Virus record (IMG/VR): IMGVR_UViG_3300000271_000007 | Span: 1-61,380 of that record | Origin: a virus | Taxonomy: Duplodnaviria; Caudoviricetes | Strand: one strand, 5' to 3' | Length of the DNA stretch: 61,380 nucleotides | In this document: positions 1 through 9,316 of the stretch, piece by piece | Layout: the number at the start of each line of letters is the position of its first letter | Numbering within the stretch: the stretch's first letter is position 1 | Translations under genes and position numbers: made by a program | The notes under the pieces: model-generated | Told to the model about the DNA's origin: nothing | Database searches by the model: none | The model's input: the letters and a program-made list of their open reading frames with translations, nothing else

Positions 1-615
1 CAGTGGAGCAGCAGCGCCTGCTGCCGTGCCGCCACCGGCCGCTGCTGCTCCACTGGAGCCGGCCATCGCGCCGCCGTACACCCCGGTGCCGCCACCGGCG
101 CCGCCGGCCACGGCCGCCGAAGTCGGGGCGCTGGTCAGCCCGGCCGCGCCCAGGCCCGTGCCCAGGGCATAGCCGCCAGCCGCCACCAGCAGCGCATCGC
201 GCATGAAGTCGCCGCGATCCACCGGGTTCGTGCCAACGGGCTGCCCAATGGGATTGCCCTGCGCGTCAAGGCCAACCACGTAGGTGATGCCGTTGATGTT
301 GGTGTAGCGGTAGCTGGATGCGCCGGGCATGTCGCGCTGCGCGATCTGCATGGCCTCGCTGTCGTTGCCGAGGTACACCTGGTTGGCCGTCCCTCCAGCC
401 TCGGCGTCGTAGTTGGTGACTCGACCGAAGGTTTGCCACTTGCGCGGGTCGTTGATGTACGCCATGTCCCAATCGGACGATGGCGTGATGCCCTGCTGCT
501 GCCACCACGGCGCTGCCACCTGTGCGTCGGTGCGCGTGTCCACCACGGCAGGGCCGACAGGCTGGCCGGTCAGGTTCTGGTTGTACGGCGCCACTGCGGT
601 CTGCATCGTCGGCAT
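1..615 (-). CDS. 5' part of Gly/Ala-rich internal virion protein, truncated by window edge; probably continues as 60059..61380
   Basis: ATG at 615 after GAGGA; my translation MPTMQTAVAPYNQNLTG...GGAGGGTG is open to position 1; same composition as the ORF at the other end. Confidence 0.7.
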   Translation of the reverse strand, partial: MPTMQTAVAPYNQNLTGQPVGPAVVDTRTDAQVAAPWWQQQGITPSSDWDMAYINDPRKWQTFGRVTNYDAEAGGTANQVYLGNDSEAMQIAQRDMPGASSYRYTNINGITYVVGLDAQGNPIGQPVGTNPVDRGDFMRDALLVAAGGYALGTGLGAAGLTSAPTSAAVAGGAGGGTGVYGGAMAGSSGAAAAGGGTAAGAAAPL

Positions 616-686
616 GTGCTGGTCCTCACGGCGCCAGCGGCGCCTGCTCTTGGCACCGTACCCCGGGAACCCCGGAAATCAACCCA

Positions 687-1919
687 TCAGGCCAGCGTCA
701 GGTTTGCCACCCGGGTGACGCCATCGGTGCCGCGCACGCTCACGCGCAGGTTGGTGTTGGTGGTGAGGCTGAACACCATCGTCTGGTTCACGGTGAGGCT
801 CGGCGCGGCGGTGTTGGCCTTCCAGATGGCGTTCTGGTTGGAGTCCAGGCGCAGCGCCTCGCGCAGCACGCCGGCGGCGGTGTTGCCGTTGGCAGCCGTC
901 GGCGCGGTGTGGAAGGTCAGCGTCATCCCGCCGCCTTCGTCGGCGCTGTATGTCTCCGCTGCCTCGGCGGCGATGACGGCGCCGAACTTCGGATTGGTGG
1001 TGGTGAACTGGCCGTCCGTCGAGCCGAACTTGATGGCCGGCATGTACTTGTTGGTGGTGTTCGAGTCTGCGGCCACGAGCTCCAAGCCCGCATTGGTCTG
1101 CGTCAGGTCGGGGTTGCCGACGCTGGTGCTCTGCAGGCGCAGCTTGGCGTCGGTCCCGCTGGCTTGAACGTGCAGCCGAGCCTGCGGCGCAACCCCCATG
1201 CCCACGTCGCCCGACGCATCCATCTGCAGGCCGGTGACGCCGCCCACCAGGAACGAATGCCCGGTCACGGTCGTGCCGCTGCGCGTGATGACGTAGGCGT
1301 TTGCGGGGGTGTCGTTCGCGTCGTTGGTGGTTCCGAGGGCGAACGACCCGCCGCTGACTGATGCACGCCACTTGCGGTTGTCCCCTGCGGCGTCAGACTC
1401 GTCCAGCATCAGCGCCGGGTTGGTGCTCGTGATGTGCAGGGCGTTCAGCGGCGTCGTCGTGCCGATGCCCAGCCCGGTCGTGGTCAGGCGCAGGCGGTCG
1501 GCGCCGGCCAGCGCCACGCCGATGCTGTTGGTGCCGGGTCGGTAGAAGCCGGTGTCCAGGTCGGCAGCGAATCGGACCCCAGGGGTGGAAACGTTTCCAT
1601 CTCCGAACTGCCCTTCGCCCGCGCCGTCGCGCACCGCGGCGAAGTCGTTGATGAGGGTCTGCGCTGCCGTGGCCAGGGTCTGCACGATGCCCTGCGTGGG
1701 CACGATCTTGTAGGGCTCGCCCGAGTCGCTGGCGCTGGCGTAGGGCTCGGCCAGGGTCAGCTGCGTGTTGGAATCCACGCTCAGGATCTCGTAGGTGAAG
1801 CGGTCGGGGCCGATGAAGCCGTGCCCGGCCTTGACGTTCGCCACCCAGGAGGTGCCCGAGCCGGTGACGGTGGGGCTGCCGCTGGTGACGGAAACGGTGC
1901 CGGCCTTGTACCACGCCAT
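687..1919 (-). CDS. Tail fibre protein
   Basis: N-terminus MAWYKAGTVSVTSGSPTVTGSGTSW typical of tail fibres; GIGTTTP/GMGVAP beta repeats; AGGAG RBS. Confidence 0.85.
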   Translation of the reverse strand: MAWYKAGTVSVTSGSPTVTGSGTSWVANVKAGHGFIGPDRFTYEILSVDSNTQLTLAEPYASASDSGEPYKIVPTQGIVQTLATAAQTLINDFAAVRDGAGEGQFGDGNVSTPGVRFAADLDTGFYRPGTNSIGVALAGADRLRLTTTGLGIGTTTPLNALHITSTNPALMLDESDAAGDNRKWRASVSGGSFALGTTNDANDTPANAYVITRSGTTVTGHSFLVGGVTGLQMDASGDVGMGVAPQARLHVQASGTDAKLRLQSTSVGNPDLTQTNAGLELVAADSNTTNKYMPAIKFGSTDGQFTTTNPKFGAVIAAEAAETYSADEGGGMTLTFHTAPTAANGNTAAGVLREALRLDSNQNAIWKANTAAPSLTVNQTMVFSLTTNTNLRVSVRGTDGVTRVANLTLA

Positions 1920-1929
1920 GTGCTTCTCC

Positions 1930-2322
1930 TTACAGCGCGGCGAGCGCGCTCTTGGCCGATTCCTCGGCTGCTTCGATTTCGGCCTCGGTGGTGCAGGCCA
2001 TGACGGATTCCTTGCCAGCGAAGCGTGCGCCCTCGATGGCCGGCCCCTTGTCGTCGTCGAACACTGCGGCGGCGCTGATGATCGAAGCGGCAGCGGCCAG
2101 CGCAGTCATGCCGCGCGCGGCGGCCTCGTGCGCGATGTAGGGCGGCACGGTGGCGTCGGCGTCCAGCGCGTGCGCAGCGGTGTAGGCCACGGCCTGCGCC
2201 AGCTTTCTCTCGTACACCCGCGATTGCAGCGGCAGGTCGGTGAGGTACTTTACGCGCGCCGCGCCGGCTGCCGCGTCGATGCGCTTGCAGGCCCTGATCC
2301 GCAGGAGTGCGAGGCTGGTCAT
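1930..2322 (-). CDS. Putative tail fibre assembly/chaperone protein
   Basis: Start MTSLALLRIRACKRIDAAAG overlaps upstream stop; lies between two fibre genes. Confidence 0.6.
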   Translation of the reverse strand: MTSLALLRIRACKRIDAAAGAARVKYLTDLPLQSRVYERKLAQAVAYTAAHALDADATVPPYIAHEAAARGMTALAAAASIISAAAVFDDDKGPAIEGARFAGKESVMACTTEAEIEAAEESAKSALAAL

Positions 2323-5225
2323 GCTTCGTAGATGGCGTGAAGGATGCGGCTGACGGTCGCCACCAGTTCGTTCGTCCCGTCGTTGCGGATCGACACCAGC
2401 ACCCGGGTCTGTCGCTCGCCGGCGGGGCTGATGGGGATCTGCGCCTGCGTCCAGGTGCGTGTCGTGCCCAGGGACTGCCACACCCCCAGCGTGCCGCCGG
2501 TGAGGGCGTCGCCGCTCTCCACCTCGGCGAACCCGCTGAAGCTGCCCGACACCGTGCCCTTGAACCACTCGGCCACGTCCACCCAGGTGCCACCGTTGAT
2601 GCGCTGCTGCACCTTGCCGTTGCTGTTCAGCCGGAACTCGGCCACTGCGTCGGTGCCGGTGGCAACGCGCGTGGCCAGGGTGTAGCCGCTCGAACTGTTC
2701 GGGCCGGTGGACGGCGTGGCGCGCTTGATCTTGGCGACGTTCACCCGCAGCGGCCCCTGCGTCGGGCTGCCGCTGCGCGTGGCCTGGATCTCGATCCAGC
2801 CGCTGTCGATGCCCGTGCCCATGCCGCTGATGGTCACGGTGGACGTGCTGACGCTGGTGATGATGCTCGCGTCGCTCTTGCTGCTGACCGTGAAGGTCCA
2901 CAGCGCCGTCTCGTCGGTGGTGCTGCGCTGGACCTTGCACACCACGGGGAAGGTCTGCCCCGCGTCGATCAGCCCGGTGCTGTCGGCGTTGAAGGCCACC
3001 GCGTAGGTGCTCAGGGACGCAACGATGGTGCCCAGGCCGTTGAGCACGGGCGCGCCGGTGCCGTTGTAGGTGATGTTGCCGTCGGCAGTGCCCAGCGCGA
3101 ATGTGCCGTCGGCGTTGATGACGGCGCCGGTGCCGGTCATCGTGGTGCCGCTGATGGTCGGGCTGCTGCCCACGCGCAGCTGGCCGGCGAAGGTGCCGGT
3201 GGCTGCCACCAGCGCGCCCGAGAATGTGCCGCCCGAGGCGTAGATCAGCCCGCGCACGATGGCGTTGCTGAACTCCACATTGCCATTGCCCTGGATGCGC
3301 CAGCCGGCCGAGCCGGTGACGAAGCCGGTGCTGCTCATGTCCGCGCCGACCCGCAGCGTGCCGGTGGTCAACTGCGCCACGCTGATGTCGGCGGCCACGA
3401 TCTGGTCGGCGATCAGCGTGGCGATGCGGGCGTACAGCGCCGACAGGTTCACGATGAAGGCCGCGTCCATGTAGACCCCGGCCGGGATCGACACACCGCC
3501 CTCGGTGCTGGTGCTGGTCCGCACGATGAAGGGCTTGCTGTCGGCAGCGCCCGAGCCTGCCGGCGCGGTGATCCAGAACTGGTCGGCGCGCACGCCGAAG
3601 TCGATGCGCGGGCCGGCGGTGGCCGTGGCCGTGGCCGACAGGCCGAAGCCGCCCACCACGGTGCGCCCGCCCGACGACACCTCGGCGCGCAGGGTGTAGA
3701 GCGCTGCCACGGAGCCGTCCAGCGCCGCCCGGGTGCTTTCCTCGGTCAGCAGCCGTGCATAGGTCGGGTTGTTCAGCGTGGTCGGGCTGTTGACGGCCAC
3801 CTCCAGCCCGCTCGTGCGCGTGGCCAACGCGGCGTTGCCGCTGGTGCCGTTGTTCACGGTCAACTCCACCACGTCGAGCGCGGCGGCCGTGGCAGACACC
3901 CCGGTGGTCGCGTTGTTGACCGTGGCCTCCAGCGCCGTCGTCCTGCTGGCCAGCGCCGCGTTGCCCTGCGTGCCGCTGTTGACCAGCGTTTCCACCACGT
4001 CCAGCGCCAAGGCGGTCGCCGACACGCCCGTGGTCGGGTTGTTGACCGTGGACTCCAGCGTGCTGGCGCGCGTGGCCAGTGCGCTGTTGCCGCTGGTCGC
4101 GTTGGTGGTCACGGCCTCCAGTGCCGTCGCGCGGGCCAGCAGGCCGGTGCTGGGCGTGTTGACCGACGATTCCAGCCCGCTGATGCGCGTCACCTGCGCG
4201 CCGTCGGCGTCCACCCGGGCGCTCAGTTCCTCGAACAGCAGGCCCGACGTCACCAGCGACAGGTCGGTGCCGTCGTAGGTGCCGCGCAGCTGGGCGGCCA
4301 GCGTGGTGCGTTGCAGCGCCTCGGCCTCGTCAGCGGTGGCGCGGACCAGTTCCTCCTGCTCCAGCGCAGCGGCCAGCACGGCGTCGCCGGCATCCACCGC
4401 TGCGGTCAGCGTCACGATGCGCTGCGCCAGCTGCTCGTCTTCCGATGCGCGCACCACGTTCGCCAGCGTGATGGCCGCGCCGCGGTCCTCGGCCTCAGCC
4501 AGCAGGTCGGCCGCCCGGGTCTTGCTCTCCTGGTAGGTGCTCAGGATGTTCGCCAGCGCCGCGGCAGCCGCCTCGTCGATGCTGTCGGCGATGCTGTTGA
4601 TCGGCGTGCCGATGTCGATGTACAGCTGGCTCGCGGTGATCTGGTTGGTCAGGATCTCCAGCAGTTGCTCGATGTCCTGGCCCGTGGTGCCGGTGACGCC
4701 GTTGGTGCCGCCTGCCGGGCTCACCGACAGCACGCCGTCGTTCGTCTCGAACTTGGCCCACACGTGCCACTGCGTGTTGAGCTCGCTCGGCAGGGAGATG
4801 ATGGTCAGCGGGTGCGTGGCCGTCGCCACTACCTGCGCGTCGCCGAAGGTCGGCAGCGGCGCGGTGCTGGCCGGGTCGCGCTTGACGGCGTAGATCAGCG
4901 TCTGCTTGTTGCCGCGGCCCTCGGTGTAGGTGACGCCGCTCCACGTCAGGATGACCTGGCTGAAGCCGGGGAAGATGGCGAGGTCGCTCACCGTCGGCGG
5001 GGGCGTCAGGTCGGGCGTGTCGCCTCCACCGCCACCCGTGCCGGGCACGATGATCGTGGTGCTGCTGCCGCCGCTGCCGCCACTGCGCAGGCGCAGCGCC
5101 GCGTCGCGCGGGTCGCCACGCAGGCCCAGCAGGCTCTGCAGTTCCTCGCGGATGCGCTGGAGCGTTCGCCGCAGGTCCGGGTCCAGCCCCTCGGGGATGG
5201 GCGGGATGTCCTTCACCGTGGTCAT
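2319..5225 (-). CDS. Tail tip / host-specificity protein (DUF1983, gpJ-like C-terminal region)
   Basis: Start MTTVKDIPP overlaps upstream stop; coiled-coil repeats, then FGVRADQFWI...YMDAAFI and GWRIQGNGNVEFSNAIVRG motifs. Confidence 0.8.
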   Translation of the reverse strand: MTTVKDIPPIPEGLDPDLRRTLQRIREELQSLLGLRGDPRDAALRLRSGGSGGSSTTIIVPGTGGGGGDTPDLTPPPTVSDLAIFPGFSQVILTWSGVTYTEGRGNKQTLIYAVKRDPASTAPLPTFGDAQVVATATHPLTIISLPSELNTQWHVWAKFETNDGVLSVSPAGGTNGVTGTTGQDIEQLLEILTNQITASQLYIDIGTPINSIADSIDEAAAAALANILSTYQESKTRAADLLAEAEDRGAAITLANVVRASEDEQLAQRIVTLTAAVDAGDAVLAAALEQEELVRATADEAEALQRTTLAAQLRGTYDGTDLSLVTSGLLFEELSARVDADGAQVTRISGLESSVNTPSTGLLARATALEAVTTNATSGNSALATRASTLESTVNNPTTGVSATALALDVVETLVNSGTQGNAALASRTTALEATVNNATTGVSATAAALDVVELTVNNGTSGNAALATRTSGLEVAVNSPTTLNNPTYARLLTEESTRAALDGSVAALYTLRAEVSSGGRTVVGGFGLSATATATAGPRIDFGVRADQFWITAPAGSGAADSKPFIVRTSTSTEGGVSIPAGVYMDAAFIVNLSALYARIATLIADQIVAADISVAQLTTGTLRVGADMSSTGFVTGSAGWRIQGNGNVEFSNAIVRGLIYASGGTFSGALVAATGTFAGQLRVGSSPTISGTTMTGTGAVINADGTFALGTADGNITYNGTGAPVLNGLGTIVASLSTYAVAFNADSTGLIDAGQTFPVVCKVQRSTTDETALWTFTVSSKSDASIITSVSTSTVTISGMGTGIDSGWIEIQATRSGSPTQGPLRVNVAKIKRATPSTGPNSSSGYTLATRVATGTDAVAEFRLNSNGKVQQRINGGTWVDVAEWFKGTVSGSFSGFAEVESGDALTGGTLGVWQSLGTTRTWTQAQIPISPAGERQTRVLVSIRNDGTNELVATVSRILHAIYEA

Positions 5226-6865
5226 GGCCGGCGCAGGTCGTCCACGTCGGTGCCGCCGCGCACCGCGATCACGCGCGCGGCCGACGACACTTCCACCTGG
5301 AACTGGTCGGCGTACTTCGCCACGCTCGGCCGCACGCTGTCGTCGTCCGTGATGCTGCGGTCCAGGATCAGCAGGCCGTCGGCCCACACTTTCAGCGTCA
5401 CCGGGTAGCCCTTGGCGATCACCTCCCAGGCCTGCATGCAGGTGGGCTCGGGGGTCTGGATCAGCTTGCTCTTGAAGGTCGCCGTCATCGCGCTGCCGGC
5501 ATCCCAGCGGCGCACGTTGCCGCCGTCGAGCACATAGAGCCGGTCGCTGATGGGGTCGCGGTAGAGCGCGTGGTAGCCCGTGCCCAGGAAGTAGATGCCC
5601 TGCGGGTTCTTCGGGTCGATCAGGAAGCCCTTGCGGGTCGCGCCGTCCTCGTAGAAGCAGATGTAGAAGCCCAGCACGCGGCTGGCGATCATCGTGCTCG
5701 GGTTCAGCGCCTGCCACTGCTCGCGCGTGAGCATGTCGCCGGTCAGGAGCCGGAAACCGCCGTCGCCGTACCAGCACAGCCCTTCCTCGGACGGCCACAC
5801 CACGCCCTTGTAGGCCTCGCCCTCGTTGAACTCCACCACGCCGCGCACGCTGGCGCACGGGCGGTTGATCTTGGCCGGCTCGTCGTCCATCGACTCCGGG
5901 GCCGTGCCGTTGATGAGGTAGGCGTCACCGGTCGTCAGCACCAGCAGGCGCTGGCCCCACACGGCTTGCGCAATGGCCTTGCTCGGCAGGCCGATCTCGT
6001 AGGCGATGGGCCAGGCGTAGTGCTTGTACGGCTCGCAGAAGCGCACCGTCTTGCCAGACAGGATCGAGAACATACCGCCCCACAGCTTCGTCAGGCAGGT
6101 GCCGTCAGCCGGCGGCGGGCGCCAGCCGGTGGTCTGCAGCGGGTCGCTGCCCACGCTGCGCGCGTCGTCGATGGGGTTGGCAGGCGTCGAGCCGATGACC
6201 CACTCGCGCAGGAAGAAGTAGTCGCCGGCCGTGCCGGTGCCGGGCACGAAGCGGTACAGGCGGATCTTCGTGATGCCGAAGGCGCCCGACGGCGCGGTGT
6301 CGAAGCCGCTCAGGTCGAACGTGGTGCCAGGCTTGTTCAGCAGCGTGTTGCTCACCGGCGAAGGCGCCGACTCCCAGCCCAGGTCGTTCACGAAGGTGTA
6401 GACCCACAGGTAGGCTTGGTCCGTGCCGGTGGCGCTGGCGGTGTTCACGGCCGCGGTCAGCGCGGTGGTGGGCGCCGGCACCGACAGTTCGCGCGTGGCC
6501 TGCGGGTACGGCGCGCCGCCGCTCAGGGCGATCACGTTGTCCGTCCACTTCGGGGTGCCGCTGCCGCTGAAGTAGGTGCGCTCGGTCGTGTCGTCGGTGT
6601 CGAAGCCCCGCACGGCGTGGACCACGGTGCTCCAACTGAGCCAGTAGTCCGCTTCGCTGGCCACGTCCTGGCCCATTCGGTGGATCGTCAGGCGCTGCGG
6701 GCTGGTGGGCACGGTGGCCACGGCAGAGCCGGGCTGGTTCCACGGTCGCAGGTCGCCGTAGCCCGGCCGCTGGTTGAGCGACTGCACGCCGACGCCTGCC
6801 GGCAGCAGCAGTTCATCGAAGGCGAGGTTGGCCCCCTGGAAGGCGGTGATGTCGAGCGTGCTCAC
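5222..6865 (-). CDS. Podoviral tail tubular / nozzle protein
   Basis: 547 aa beta-rich; YTFVNDLGWESAPSP and FCEPYKHYAWP motifs; tail module position. Confidence 0.7.
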   Translation of the reverse strand: MSTLDITAFQGANLAFDELLLPAGVGVQSLNQRPGYGDLRPWNQPGSAVATVPTSPQRLTIHRMGQDVASEADYWLSWSTVVHAVRGFDTDDTTERTYFSGSGTPKWTDNVIALSGGAPYPQATRELSVPAPTTALTAAVNTASATGTDQAYLWVYTFVNDLGWESAPSPVSNTLLNKPGTTFDLSGFDTAPSGAFGITKIRLYRFVPGTGTAGDYFFLREWVIGSTPANPIDDARSVGSDPLQTTGWRPPPADGTCLTKLWGGMFSILSGKTVRFCEPYKHYAWPIAYEIGLPSKAIAQAVWGQRLLVLTTGDAYLINGTAPESMDDEPAKINRPCASVRGVVEFNEGEAYKGVVWPSEEGLCWYGDGGFRLLTGDMLTREQWQALNPSTMIASRVLGFYICFYEDGATRKGFLIDPKNPQGIYFLGTGYHALYRDPISDRLYVLDGGNVRRWDAGSAMTATFKSKLIQTPEPTCMQAWEVIAKGYPVTLKVWADGLLILDRSITDDDSVRPSVAKYADQFQVEVSSAARVIAVRGGTDVDDLRRP

Positions 6866-6914
6866 GTCGCCAGCATCGCCCGGGAATGGCCGAATGCAAC
6901 GCGCTGCTGGCGCG

Positions 6915-7403
6915 TCACCGTGGGGCGGTCAGCGCGTCGTAGCGACTGGCGCACTCGCTGCCGGCGATGCCGCGGCGGTCGGCTTCGGCAGCAAGCTCTC
7001 GACCTCGGCTCTCCAGCCGGCCGAGCAATTCGGCAAGCACCACGGCGGGGGCGCTGGCTGCCGTGCCGACGGCGGCAGCGGCGGGATCGCAGGCGGCGGC
7101 ACTGGCGGCGAGGCGGGCCGCATGCTCGCGCAGCCGGTCAGCAGCGCCAGCAGCAGCAGCGGAATCGGCGCGCGCGCGGCGCGCTTGGAGCTCGGCGGCA
7201 TTCGATGCCTCCTGTTGCGCCGCGAGGCGGCGGGTGGTTTCGACCAGGGCAGAGTGCATGGCGCTCTCGCGCAGCGTGGCTGTCTCGTTCTGGTGGCGCA
7301 GCAGTTCGGCCCCGGCGCGCTCGGCGCGGCGGTGCTGCCAGCCGCCCCACAGCAGGGCCGCGGTCAGCGCCCAGGCCCACAGGGGGACGTGGCCGAACAT
7401 CAT
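6915..7403 (-). CDS. Rz: i-spanin (DUF2514-like)
   Basis: N-terminal TM helix, Ala-rich coiled coil, C-terminal ADRRGIAGSECASRYDAL. Confidence 0.85.
   Translation of the reverse strand: MMFGHVPLWAWALTAALLWGGWQHRRAERAGAELLRHQNETATLRESAMHSALVETTRRLAAQQEASNAAELQARRARADSAAAAGAADRLREHAARLAASAAACDPAAAAVGTAASAPAVVLAELLGRLESRGRELAAEADRRGIAGSECASRYDALTAPR
6929..7201 (-). CDS. Rz1: o-spanin lipoprotein embedded in Rz
   Basis: Lipobox LLTGC, Pro-rich body with two further Cys, nested in alternate frame of Rz. Confidence 0.85.
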   Translation of the reverse strand: MPPSSKRAARAPIPLLLLALLTGCASMRPASPPVPPPAIPPLPPSARQPAPPPWCLPNCSAGWRAEVESLLPKPTAAASPAASAPVATTR

Positions 7404-7771
7404 CAGACGGGCGCCCCACGTTGGCGCGAGAATACGGTGAACACACCGCCGAACTTGGCCTCGCAAGCGGCCTTCCTGGCTACTGCTTCGGGTTCGCTGT
7501 AGGCGTAGTGGGCGATGGTGCTTTCGTCACCCATGCTGCCGCCGACGATCACGTACTCGACGCCATCGGGCTCTGCTGGCGGCAGCGGGTAGTCGGGCGG
7601 GCCGTCCGGCGGGACAACCGTGGCCCTCATCGCGGCGGCAACCTCATTGGCGGCATCGACGTTGGGGAACTCGCCGATGGTCCGCACGCCGCAGGTACTG
7701 CCGTTGCTTTGGAAGTGCGTCAGCACAAACCGATTCACCGGGCGCACCCGGAATTCGCTCACGTTGCTCAT
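7403..7771 (-). CDS. Hypothetical protein
   Basis: MSNVSEFRVRPV after AAGGGA; stop abuts Rz start. Confidence 0.6.
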   Translation of the reverse strand: MSNVSEFRVRPVNRFVLTHFQSNGSTCGVRTIGEFPNVDAANEVAAAMRATVVPPDGPPDYPLPPAEPDGVEYVIVGGSMGDESTIAHYAYSEPEAVARKAACEAKFGGVFTVFSRQRGAPV

Positions 7772-7844
7772 GGTTCCCTTCCAGCCCCTCGGGGCCATCC
7801 CGGCGAAGAACAAAGACCAGTGGGCCGGGGCCACTGATTCAGAT

Positions 7845-8240
7845 TCATGCTGCGGCCCTTCGCGCGAACTCGGCCATCAGTTCCTGCGCGATGGACTGGA
7901 TGCCGTAGGCTTCCTGCTCAACCGCTGGGTTGCGCTCTCCGATGCGGTCGCAGTAGTGCTGGAAGACATGCACAGCCTCATGCACCAGCAGGCCCGCGAT
8001 TTCGATGGCGCTGCGGCTCTCTGCCTGCCGTACACACACGATGCACACGGTCTCGCCCTTGGGGTTGCTGGCGTAGTGGGTCTTCCCGCCGTCTTCGCCG
8101 CACCACTCGCTGTCGGCCGGCACCAGCTTCAAGTGGGCCAGAGCCGCAAGGTACTCGGCCTCGGACAGGCACAAGGTCAGGTACGGGCCAGGCCACGCGA
8201 TGCGTCGGTCAAGCCAGCGGGGTTTCACAGACCGCTTCAC
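7845..8240 (-). CDS. Hypothetical protein with HExxH motif
   Basis: GTG start overlapping endolysin stop; LLVHEAVH...EQEAY. Confidence 0.65.
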   Translation of the reverse strand: MKRSVKPRWLDRRIAWPGPYLTLCLSEAEYLAALAHLKLVPADSEWCGEDGGKTHYASNPKGETVCIVCVRQAESRSAIEIAGLLVHEAVHVFQHYCDRIGERNPAVEQEAYGIQSIAQELMAEFARRAAA

Positions 8241-9001
8241 GCCCAACCACCATTGCGCTGCTTCCACCTCCAGTACAGCGCCGCCGCGCCGGCCGCCAGC
8301 AGCAGCGCCGGCAGGAACCATTCGCTCGGCACGCCCAGGGTGCCGACGACGACGGCCTTGGCCTGATCGAGCGCTGCGCCCACCGGCCCCATGGTCGTGC
8401 CGGCCTCCTGCACCAGCGCCACCACGCCAGCGCCAGCGGTGACAGCGCCGCTCTGCGCGATGGGGCTGGCCGCGATGCTGCTCTCCGGGGCCACGGCCTG
8501 CGGCATGCGCTCGGCTGGCGCGTCGGCTTCGGGCTTCAGGTACAGCGCGGCCTCGGCGGCGCGGCGCGCGGTCAGGCCGGCGAGCTCGGTCAGCTTGCCG
8601 TCCACCTTGGCCTTGTTCCACAGCGCGAAGGCGCGCGCTGCGCCCTGCGGATCGCCTGCGTTGTGGCGCTTCAGCACGGTGGACTTGGCCAGCGCACCGA
8701 CGCCGATGTTGTAGGCCAGGGACACCAGCGCGCCCAGCTGGTTCGGGTCGGCGTGCTCCTTCAGAAGCGCCGCCACCTGCATGGTGCGCACCTGCAGGTC
8801 TTCCAGCAGCCACCGGTCGGCCTCGGCCTGCGTGCAGGTCGCGCCGGGCCGGGCCTTGTCGGCGTCCGTCTCGCCCCAGCCGATGGTCCAGATCCCGGCC
8901 GGGCACTTGTAGGTGCGCAGCCGGCAGCCCTCGCGCTCGGCGATGATGGCGACGGCGGCCAGTGGGATCGGCCAGGGCAGGTTCGGGTCAGGCAGGCGCA
9001 T
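8237..9001 (-). CDS. Endolysin, GH24 lysozyme with C-terminal hydrophobic segments
   Basis: EGCRLRTYKCPAGIWTIGWGET catalytic region, ALVSLAYNIG, GLTARRAAEAALY. Confidence 0.9.
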   Translation of the reverse strand: MRLPDPNLPWPIPLAAVAIIAEREGCRLRTYKCPAGIWTIGWGETDADKARPGATCTQAEADRWLLEDLQVRTMQVAALLKEHADPNQLGALVSLAYNIGVGALAKSTVLKRHNAGDPQGAARAFALWNKAKVDGKLTELAGLTARRAAEAALYLKPEADAPAERMPQAVAPESSIAASPIAQSGAVTAGAGVVALVQEAGTTMGPVGAALDQAKAVVVGTLGVPSEWFLPALLLAAGAAALYWRWKQRNGGWA

Positions 9002-9016
9002 GGGGCGCTCCTTCGG

Positions 9017-9304
9017 TTACGGGCGGCGCTCCAGCAGCTTCTTCACGTCGGCCTCGATGCGCAGCGTGGTTTCCTTCGTGTCCTTGACGCTCGACTCCAG
9101 CACGGCCATGCGCTCCGAGACCTTCTCGTTGGTGCGCGCGCCTTCCAGCGCGGCCACGCGGCGCTGTGTCTCGTGCAGGTCGGCCAACATCCCGCGGAAG
9201 AACCACACGCTGCCACCCAGGTGCAGCACCAGGGTCAGGATCAGCGCAATCGGCACCTTCTTGTCGAGGTGCCAGTGCTCGGCGAGTGGGCTGGTGGTCT
9301 TCAT
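9017..9304 (-). CDS. Holin-like membrane protein
   Basis: One TM helix plus coiled coil, immediately upstream of endolysin. Confidence 0.5.
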   Translation of the reverse strand: MKTTSPLAEHWHLDKKVPIALILTLVLHLGGSVWFFRGMLADLHETQRRVAALEGARTNEKVSERMAVLESSVKDTKETTLRIEADVKKLLERRP

Positions 9305-9316
9305 CGGGTGCTCTCG

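Noticed and set aside
687-5225. Diversity-generating retroelement or invertible tail-fibre system
   Set aside because: No reverse transcriptase, template/variable repeat pair or invertase seen; repeats near 3770-4170 are ordinary coiled-coil repeats
640-6905. Shared TTG...TTCCCGGG promoter-like motif upstream of 615 and 6865
   Set aside because: Only two GC-rich copies with weak -10 elements; insufficient support
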